Positions 57,554 through 64,000 of a DNA stretch of 64,000 nt are shown in pieces. The position numbers and the translations under genes are program-made. The DNA is taken from contig CAVUWV010000036.1 in assembly GCA_963745075.1 (NCBI GenBank), positions 64,001 to 128,000 on the forward strand. The letters run 5' to 3'. The stretch is from Candidatus Hydrogenedentota bacterium (GTDB lineage: Bacteria; Hydrogenedentota; Hydrogenedentia; Hydrogenedentales; SLHB01). The first letter of the stretch is position 1. Each line of letters opens with the position of its first letter. The notes beneath the pieces were generated by a model. That model searched no databases. It was not told the origin of the DNA and was given only the letters and a program-made list of their open reading frames with translations.

Positions 57554-58855
57554 ATGGACAATCCCTTGATTGCCGTTGTGGACGACGACCCGGCCCAACG
57601 CCAACTCCTCGCCAATGCATTGGAACGCGCTGGTTATACGGTTCGCCTGTGCGAAAACGGGAAGGAAGGCCTCGCCGCCGCGCCGGACTGCGCGCTCATG
57701 CTGCTCGACGTGCGCATGCCCGGCATGAGCGGATTGGAAGTCCTGGAACACGTCACGCGCGACCATCCCGATGTGACGGTGATTCTGCTCACCGCGTTCA
57801 TCGATGTGCGCGACGCCGTCTCCGCCATCAAAACCGGCGCCTTGGACTACCTCGAAAAGCCGGTCGATCTCGACGAACTCATCGCCGCCGTGGACGACGC
57901 GTTGGGCGCATCGGGTCGCACCGTGTCGGAGGATGGCGCGCCCGCGCTGCCGGAAGGCATTGTCGGCGAAAGTGCCGCCATGCAAACCGTCTTCTCTCAG
58001 GCGGCGCGCGTGGCCCCCGCCGACGCGAATGTATTGGTTCTGGGCGAGAGCGGAACGGGGAAGCAGGTCGTCGCGGAATTCATTCACGCCGGCAGTCCGC
58101 GCGCGGCGATGCCTTTCGTGAACGTAAACTGCGCGGCCTTGCCCGAACACCTCGTGGAAAGTGAACTGTTCGGTCACGAGAAGGGCGCGTTCACCAGCGC
58201 CGACGCGCAACACCGGGGCCGCTTCGAAGAGGCCGACGGCGGAACCATCTTCCTCGACGAGATCGGCGAATTGCCCCTCGCGTTGCAACCAAAACTGCTG
58301 CACGTCCTCGAACGCGGCATCATCCGGCGCGTCGGTGGTGGTCAAGACATCGCGGTCGACGTGCGCGTGGTCGCCGCGACGAATCGCGATCTCGAAACCG
58401 ACGTAAAAGCGAGTGCCTTTCGCGAAGATCTGTACTTTCGGCTGAACGTGTTCAGCCTGACCTTGCCCCCGCTGCGCGAACGGCGCGACGACATCCTCCC
58501 CCTTGCCGAAGGTTTCCTGCGCGATCGCAAGAAGAAACTCGCGCCTGCGACGGAACGCGCTCTTATGACCTACGATTGGCCGGGGAACGTCCGGGAACTC
58601 CGCAACGCCTTGGAACGCGCGTCCCTCATGACGGCAGGCGCGCTGATCCTCCCCACCGATCTGCCGCCCAACGTGCAGCAGGCCAAGCCCGTCGAACAAC
58701 CCGGCAGCGTGCTCGTAGGCGACATGCAAGAAATTCAGCGTCGCGCGATCCTCGAAGCCATGGAGAAAACCGGCGGGAACAAAACGCGTGCCGCGGCCCT
58801 GCTCAACATCAGCCGTCGCAACCTCATCTACAAACTGCGTGAGTATGGTTTGTAA
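57554..58855 (+). CDS. Sigma-54-dependent response regulator (NtrC/ZraR family)
   Basis: REC domain; [37 protein letters not shown] and a Fis-type HTH. Confidence 0.95.
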   Translation: MDNPLIAVVDDDPAQRQLLANALERAGYTVRLCENGKEGLAAAPDCALMLLDVRMPGMSGLEVLEHVTRDHPDVTVILLTAFIDVRDAVSAIKTGALDYLEKPVDLDELIAAVDDALGASGRTVSEDGAPALPEGIVGESAAMQTVFSQAARVAPADANVLVLGESGTGKQVVAEFIHAGSPRAAMPFVNVNCAALPEHLVESELFGHEKGAFTSADAQHRGRFEEADGGTIFLDEIGELPLALQPKLLHVLERGIIRRVGGGQDIAVDVRVVAATNRDLETDVKASAFREDLYFRLNVFSLTLPPLRERRDDILPLAEGFLRDRKKKLAPATERALMTYDWPGNVRELRNALERASLMTAGALILPTDLPPNVQQAKPVEQPGSVLVGDMQEIQRRAILEAMEKTGGNKTRAAALLNISRRNLIYKLREYGL

Positions 58856-58951
58856 AGGGCCGCGCATCGTTTCATTCGCCGTATTAGCGTTCCCTGTGGT
58901 ACGATTCCGGCGAAGTTGGGCTGAGCGACTACACGATTCGGGACTGGGGTT

Positions 58952-59560
58952 TTGGCGAGCATGGAACGATCCGGGGATTTGCGGCGTCACGAACCGCTCT
59001 TGCAGCGGCTGGCCGCCTCCGGTACGGAATTGGTCATCGTCATCGGACCCCAGGACGACCGCACCGATACCGGCCATTGGACCGGCGCGGTGATCAGCGT
59101 TAACGGCAAGGTCCAGGGGTTACCGACCCTGGAACAGGCCATCCACGACGGACTCTTCGCACCGGGCACGGGACGTTACCTAGCCGCCTTCGATCCCAAG
59201 AAGGTCTCCAAGGAACGCGCGACCGACGCTAAAGCCCGCACGGAGCACGCCATCAAAGCGATGCGTGCCCGCCAACACGGCAAACGGGTCCCACCCTACG
59301 TTTCGCCGTGGCTGCGTCCGAGCGAATCGGAAGTGGCATCGAAACGTGCGGAGTCCTTCGCGAAAAACACACGGCTGAAATTCGAGCGCGTCTATGCGTC
59401 TGCGCAAAAAGCCATCGAAGCCGGAGACGCCAAAACCGCCCTCGTCAAATGCAAAGCGGCGCTCGAACTCCTCCGCGAAGACACCATCTACGGCGATAGC
59501 CAGGCACAACTCGAATCCGCCCTCACCGCCGAAATCGAGCGTCTACAGGAACAGGGCTGA
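58952..59560 (+). CDS. Hypothetical protein
   Basis: Open frame with host-like codon usage filling the gap to arsM; start uncertain. Confidence 0.5.
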   Translation: MASMERSGDLRRHEPLLQRLAASGTELVIVIGPQDDRTDTGHWTGAVISVNGKVQGLPTLEQAIHDGLFAPGTGRYLAAFDPKKVSKERATDAKARTEHAIKAMRARQHGKRVPPYVSPWLRPSESEVASKRAESFAKNTRLKFERVYASAQKAIEAGDAKTALVKCKAALELLREDTIYGDSQAQLESALTAEIERLQEQG

Positions 59561-59569
59561 GACTCGATC

Positions 59570-60427
59570 TCAGCCGCAGCAGCGGGCCGCCGTCGGTCTG
59601 GTCGCGGACACGGCAAGGCTCGTAATATAGTCGCCGGCTTTCGTGCCTTTGGGCAGGTGCTGCAGGATCTCCTGGTACAACGGGTCGTTCATTTCCGTCA
59701 TGGAATCCACGTACCCGGCTTTCTGTTCGATCTGGATGCCGGTCAGGCCGGCGTCCATTGCCATGTGTTCCGTTTCTTCCACCAGCACGGCGCCGGCCAC
59801 ACAACCGATGAGCGACTCCACCGTTTCCCGAATTGCCGGGGGCAAAGGTCTCAACAAGGCAATATCCGACACCGCCACGCGGCCACCCGGCTTCAATACG
59901 CGCGCGATCTCGCGCCACACCTGCGGCTTGTCCGGCGACAGGTTGATCACGCAGTTCGATATGACCACGTCCACGCTGTTGTCGGCCACGGGCAGATGCT
60001 CGATCTCGCCGAGGCGGAATTCGACATTGTCTAGTCCGGTGCGCTCCTCGTAGGTCTGCGTGTTAGCGCGCGCCTTGGATAGCATCGCGGGCGTCATGTC
60101 CACGCCGATGGACCGGCCCGTCGAACCCACCTTTTTCCCGGCGATAAACACGTCAAACCCGCCCCCGCTGCCGAGGTCCAGTACCACTTCGCCCGGTTTC
60201 AAGGACGCGACCGCCGTCGGATTCCCGCAGGAAAGTCCCATGTTCGCGCCGTCCGGCAGCGTCGCCAGTTCCGCCTCGTCATAGCCGAGCTGGGTGGCCA
60301 AGGCATCCCCCGCCCCCGCGCCGCAACACGACGCGTGCGGTCCACAGCACGAGCCGCTCTCGGCAATCTTCCCATACCCTTCGCGCACTGTCTCCCGCAC
60401 GCGTTCCTGTTCCGTGGATGTACTCAT
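59570..60427 (-). CDS. arsM: Arsenite S-adenosylmethyltransferase
   Basis: [39 protein letters not shown] and a C-terminal CC; downstream of arsR. Confidence 0.92.
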   Translation of the reverse strand: MSTSTEQERVRETVREGYGKIAESGSCCGPHASCCGAGAGDALATQLGYDEAELATLPDGANMGLSCGNPTAVASLKPGEVVLDLGSGGGFDVFIAGKKVGSTGRSIGVDMTPAMLSKARANTQTYEERTGLDNVEFRLGEIEHLPVADNSVDVVISNCVINLSPDKPQVWREIARVLKPGGRVAVSDIALLRPLPPAIRETVESLIGCVAGAVLVEETEHMAMDAGLTGIQIEQKAGYVDSMTEMNDPLYQEILQHLPKGTKAGDYITSLAVSATRPTAARCCG

Positions 60428-60510
60428 CGCAGTGTAATCTCCATAAGTTCCCTGACCTCACGGCCATAAATCATCAATCACGCGGGACTGAGGTTAAACC
60501 GTCCCATCCC

Positions 60511-60630
60511 GTACTCGATCTCGTACTCGTACTCGAAATAAGCCCAAGGCTGCGCACGCCAGAACCGACCTCAACCCACAAAACCCAGTCGAACACTGTC
60601 TGACTTCGAGCGTACGAGTACGAGTAAGAT
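60511..60630. repeat. Inverted hexamer arrays (GTACTC)n ... (GAGTAC)n
   Basis: gtactcgatctcgtactcgtactcgaa (from 60511) versus ttcgagcgtacgagtacgagtaag (from 60605). Confidence 0.75.
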
Positions 60631-60698
60631 CTGGCCCAGTCCGGCCATGTATTGGTTCCCAGCCATCCAATACATACTCCCTGTATTCTCCAGCGTCG

Positions 60699-61067
60699 TC
60701 ATTCGAAGACCATTCCAGGATACAGCTCTTCGGCGGGCATGCACAGGATCGCACAGAGTCGGTCCAAATCCTCCTCCAACCTACGCTCATCCGTGGCCAG
60801 GGCAAAGACCCAGTCCAGCGTCTGGTCCAGCGCGTCATCCTTCCCGCGCTCCGGGAGCCGGTAATAGACCCAGCGACCCCGCTTGTCCGCCTCCACCAGC
60901 CCCGCCTGTTTCAGAATGGACATATGCTTGGACACCGTCGAGGGCGCCAGCCCCAGCATGGCCATGATCTGGCACACGCAAAGCTCGCGGCCCTGCAACG
61001 CAAGCAGGGCCCGCACCCGCTGTTCATCCGCCACCGCCCGAGCCAGTTCCAAAAACTGCTTCATCAC
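60699..61067 (-). CDS. arsR: ArsR/SmtB transcriptional repressor
   Basis: ELCVCQI metal-binding site, STVSKHM..LK.AGLV and GRWVYY. Confidence 0.92.
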   Translation of the reverse strand: MMKQFLELARAVADEQRVRALLALQGRELCVCQIMAMLGLAPSTVSKHMSILKQAGLVEADKRGRWVYYRLPERGKDDALDQTLDWVFALATDERRLEEDLDRLCAILCMPAEELYPGMVFE

Positions 61068-61074
61068 TCAATCC

Positions 61075-61123
61075 TATATTTCGCCATATGACGAAGTATA
61101 GTCTGAATATGTGGCGGTGTCAA
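61075..61123 (-). promoter_or_regulatory. Sigma-70 promoter with overlapping inverted-repeat operator for arsR
   Basis: TTGACA-17 nt-TATACT on the minus strand; tatatttcg-N8-cgaagtata inverted repeat overlaps the -10 box. Confidence 0.75.
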
Positions 61124-61269
61124 GAGGTGGCAAGGAACGCTAATACGCGGAATATGCTTTAATGCGTTTATATTATTTGGCTTATAAAATGCGAAGACTC
61201 GCGAAGAACGGGACTGGTTTATCTGTCGTTGGGCTCGGAACCACAGGGACGTGTATAGGTTCTGACCGC

Positions 61270-62004
61270 CTAAGACCCCGCCTCGTTCGGTTCCGCGGCC
61301 GTCTTGCGGACCCGCAGGTTCAGCAGCTCGACGAACAGCGAGAAGGCCATGGCGAAGTAGATGTACCCCTTCTCGATGTGGCGGCCCAGCCCCTCCGCGA
61401 GGAGCATAACGCCGATGAGCAGGAGAAACGACAGGGCTAGCATCTTGATGGTGGGATGATGTTCAACGAACCGGCTCACCGCCCCGGCAAACAGCATCAT
61501 GATTCCCACGGCGATGATGACCGCGGCGACCATAATGGGGATGAGGCGTGCCATGCCGATCGCCGTGATGACCGAATCGAGCGAAAACACAATATCGAGC
61601 AACATAATTTGAATAATGACGGACGTGAACGACGCGGCCGCTTTCGCCTTCGTGGCGTGCTCGTGCCCCTCGATCTTGTCGTGAATCTCGAAGGTCGATT
61701 TGCCGATGAGAAACAAACCGCCCAGCAACAGGATCAGATCCCGGCCCGAGACCTCGTGGTGCAGCAGTGCAAACAGCGGTGCCGTCAGACCCATGACCCA
61801 TGACAGAGCGAGCAGCAACAAGATCCGCGTGACCATCGCCAACGCCAGCCCAATCCGCCGCGCCCGGTCCTGCACCGACGGGTCCAGCTTGCCTGTCAGG
61901 ATGGCGATGAACACAATATTGTCGATACCCAGCACGATTTCGAGGCTGGTCAACGTCACCAGCGCGATCAGACTTTCGACGGTTAGCAGTTCGGCCACGG
62001 TCAA
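61270..62004 (-). CDS. TerC family membrane protein
   Basis: LEIVLGIDNIVFI, DIVFSLDSVITA and KGYIYFAMAFS. Confidence 0.93.
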   Translation of the reverse strand: MTVAELLTVESLIALVTLTSLEIVLGIDNIVFIAILTGKLDPSVQDRARRIGLALAMVTRILLLLALSWVMGLTAPLFALLHHEVSGRDLILLLGGLFLIGKSTFEIHDKIEGHEHATKAKAAASFTSVIIQIMLLDIVFSLDSVITAIGMARLIPIMVAAVIIAVGIMMLFAGAVSRFVEHHPTIKMLALSFLLLIGVMLLAEGLGRHIEKGYIYFAMAFSLFVELLNLRVRKTAAEPNEAGS

Positions 62005-62145
62005 GGTCTCCTATGGATAAGGCGCGATCGAAACGACTTGCTTGGCAATGCAACCCCGCGGCACGGTACCAAAGCCGCCACGCTGCCGTCCATAGGATCC
62101 TCGTCCACGAGACGCGCCACCTGCGTGGAAAAGGAGGAACCGGCA

Positions 62146-62475
62146 ATGCCAAGAAGCCGCCGCAACGATGATTCGTTCGTCCAATTCGTGGTGGATCAGC
62201 TCATGGCGTTGGGCGAGGTTGAAGCCCGGGCTATGTTCGGCGGGTTCGGGTTGTATTGTGGCGGGGCGTTTTTCGGGATCGTCCATGGAGATCGGGTGTA
62301 TTTCAAGACCGACGCCGCATCGCGGAAGGATTACGAGGTCGCCGGGATGGAACCGTTCCAGCCGAGCGCCGCGCAGACGTTGAAAAACTATATGGAAATC
62401 CCGCCGGACGTGCTGGAGGATGCGGCGGAATTGGTCCGGTTGGCGGAAACAGCTATCGCGGTGGCACGGGGCTGA
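62146..62475 (+). CDS. TfoX N-terminal domain protein
   Basis: AGGAGG RBS; RAMFGGFGLY...YFKTD...GMEPF...Y.EIP.DVLED. Confidence 0.88.
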   Translation: MPRSRRNDDSFVQFVVDQLMALGEVEARAMFGGFGLYCGGAFFGIVHGDRVYFKTDAASRKDYEVAGMEPFQPSAAQTLKNYMEIPPDVLEDAAELVRLAETAIAVARG

Positions 62476-62489
62476 TTCGCACGGAAAGC

Positions 62490-62867
62490 TCAGGCAGTGT
62501 TGGAGCGACGGACCCGGCGAACGGCCAGCATGGCCAAACCACCCACCAGAAGCACCATGGTTCCCGGTTCGGGCACGATGGCGGGCGCGCCGGTGTCGAC
62601 TTCGACGACATCGGGTTGTTCAAACTCTGTGGTCCGGGGAACGCCGAACGCGTCGAACCGTTGCATCCCCCAATCCGGCCGGTAGGAGTCGGCGATCTCC
62701 TGGTCTTCGTTTTCGTAAGTGGGCGTCTGAAGCCAGAAAGGCACGCCGTGTGTTTCCGTTATTCCAGACTCGGAATTCGATTGCTCTTGGGCCGTCGCGG
62801 TGACAGCCCCCATCAACGTCAAGGCGCACAGCGGTGCCAACGCATAGATAGACTTCAACTTCAACAA
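62490..62867 (-). CDS. Small PEP-CTERM sorting domain protein
   Basis: Signal peptide and C-terminal VPEPGTMVLLVGGLAMLAVRRVRR. Confidence 0.88.
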   Translation of the reverse strand: MLKLKSIYALAPLCALTLMGAVTATAQEQSNSESGITETHGVPFWLQTPTYENEDQEIADSYRPDWGMQRFDAFGVPRTTEFEQPDVVEVDTGAPAIVPEPGTMVLLVGGLAMLAVRRVRRSNTA

Positions 62868-62962
62868 AATAAACTCCTGCCCGGAGGGTTATTCGAGAAT
62901 CATTCAGAACTGAAGGCGCAGTAGCGCCATCCAGGGAAGGTTACCTGACCAGGGTTAGAGCC

Positions 62963-62977
62963 GCATTAAGTGTGCCA
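62963..62977 (-). promoter_or_regulatory. Sigma-54 promoter of the PEP-CTERM gene
   Basis: TGGCACA-CTTA-ATGC on the minus strand, ~100 nt upstream of the start. Confidence 0.7.
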
Positions 62978-63090
62978 ACAAATCCGAAATTTTTAACCTA
63001 TTGAATTTAATTGACTTCCAGGATTACACACGAAATCGCACGATCATCCAGACGAGTGTTTTGACGTGACAGGTTGTCAAACGTGACAAA

Positions 63091-64000
63091 CTATTGCTCT
63101 CGCGGTTGCTCGTCAACGTTGCCCGGTGCCCCCACCGGTCGAACGCTTCCAACGCGGTCGAGTCCCATGGTACCCCGAACCACGTAGATGGGCCGGTGCT
63201 GGGTCTCCATGTACGTGCGACCCACGTATTCGCCGACAATTCCGATGAACATGCACTGAATCCCGCCGAAGGTCCACAGCCCGGCTAGGGAAATCGAGAC
63301 CCAGGAAACGTCGGCGCCGCTGGCCAGGCGAAGCAGCAGGGCCACCGTAGCAACCCCTCCGATGCCGGCCGCAAGCATGCCGAGGAGCATGGCCGCGCGG
63401 AGGGGCATGAGGCTGAAACTGGTGACGCTCGTGATGGCCAGGCGCGCGTTGGCCCGCCAGGTGTACTTGCTCCTTCCAGAAAGGCGTGGGGCGTGCTCGT
63501 AATCCACCGTCGTCTGCCGGAACCCCGACCACGAGGTCAAGGTACGCACCAGCCGGTGGCGTTGGGGGCATTGGCGAAACACCTCGGCCACGGCCCGGTC
63601 CACCAGCCGGAACTCGCCCGTATCGAAGGGGAGATCCCAGCCCACCATGGCATTCATGACCCGGTAGAACAGATAGGCGGCGGCCCGACGTGCCGGGGGA
63701 TCGTTTGCGCGCCGGGTACGATGACCACCCACGATTTCGTAGCCTTCCCGCCACATCGCCACCATGGCCGGAATAACCTCCGGCGGATCCTGGCCGTCCG
63801 CGTCCATGATGACGACCGCGTCCCCTTGCGCGACCTGGATGCCCGCCGTCAAGGCCTGGCTCTGGCCGAAGTTGCGGGACAGAAAGATCGCCTTTACGCG
63901 GTTGTCCTGCCCGTGCAGCGCCTCTAACACGTCGCGGGAATCATCCGCACTGCCGTCGTCGACGAAGATGAGTTCCCAATCGAGGTCCACCGGCTCCAAT
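63091..64000 (-). CDS. Glycosyltransferase family 2, GtrB/ArnC-like polyprenol-phosphate glycosyltransferase (5' end outside the window)
   Basis: FVDDGSAD, LSRNFGQ, MDADGQDPPE, two C-terminal TM helices and GEYVGR...RP.Y. Confidence 0.92.
   Translation of the reverse strand, partial: LEPVDLDWELIFVDDGSADDSRDVLEALHGQDNRVKAIFLSRNFGQSQALTAGIQVAQGDAVVIMDADGQDPPEVIPAMVAMWREGYEIVGGHRTRRANDPPARRAAAYLFYRVMNAMVGWDLPFDTGEFRLVDRAVAEVFRQCPQRHRLVRTLTSWSGFRQTTVDYEHAPRLSGRSKYTWRANARLAITSVTSFSLMPLRAAMLLGMLAAGIGGVATVALLLRLASGADVSWVSISLAGLWTFGGIQCMFIGIVGEYVGRTYMETQHRPIYVVRGTMGLDRVGSVRPVGAPGNVDEQPREQ

Overview
GC-rich bacterial chromosomal window with about 50 genes. Gene content (many secreted carbohydrate-active proteins, a PEP-CTERM protein, sigma-54 promoters) suggests a diderm environmental lineage; Hydrogenedentota or a PVC-like group is a guess only. 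Contents in order: ThuA-like and serine hydrolase genes; UDG; two tandem paralogous lipoproteins; a frameshifted phosphatase/acyl-CoA dehydrogenase/APH operon; an AT-rich decayed islet; a heparinase/alginate-lyase-like gene; an internally deleted IS sitting in a palindromic repeat; a GH99-like gene; a beta-helix/DUF4034/ankyrin fusion; YfhO; sucA-sucB-lspA-lpdA; two toxin-antitoxin pairs; a DprE1/DprE2-like pair; an exopolysaccharide locus; an FHA-GAF-HD-GYP gene; a sigma-54 three-gene signalling module; arsR-arsM; TerC; TfoX; PEP-CTERM; GT2. Two observations stand out. (1) In the polysaccharide locus the OPX/Wza position is held by a protein fusing a Wza-type Poly_export domain to a complete T2SS-type secretin, co-encoded with an ExeA-like ATPase, a TPR-LysM membrane protein, Wzc and a Wzy/O-antigen-ligase-like protein; this is a candidate secretin-based glycan export machine. 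(2) Two tandem ~51-aa peptides, not called correctly in the ORF track, share an MKH..LP..A leader and a C-x8-KK-C core and look like precursor peptides. No rRNA, tRNA or CRISPR array was seen. All calls come from reading motifs by eye; no database searches were run.
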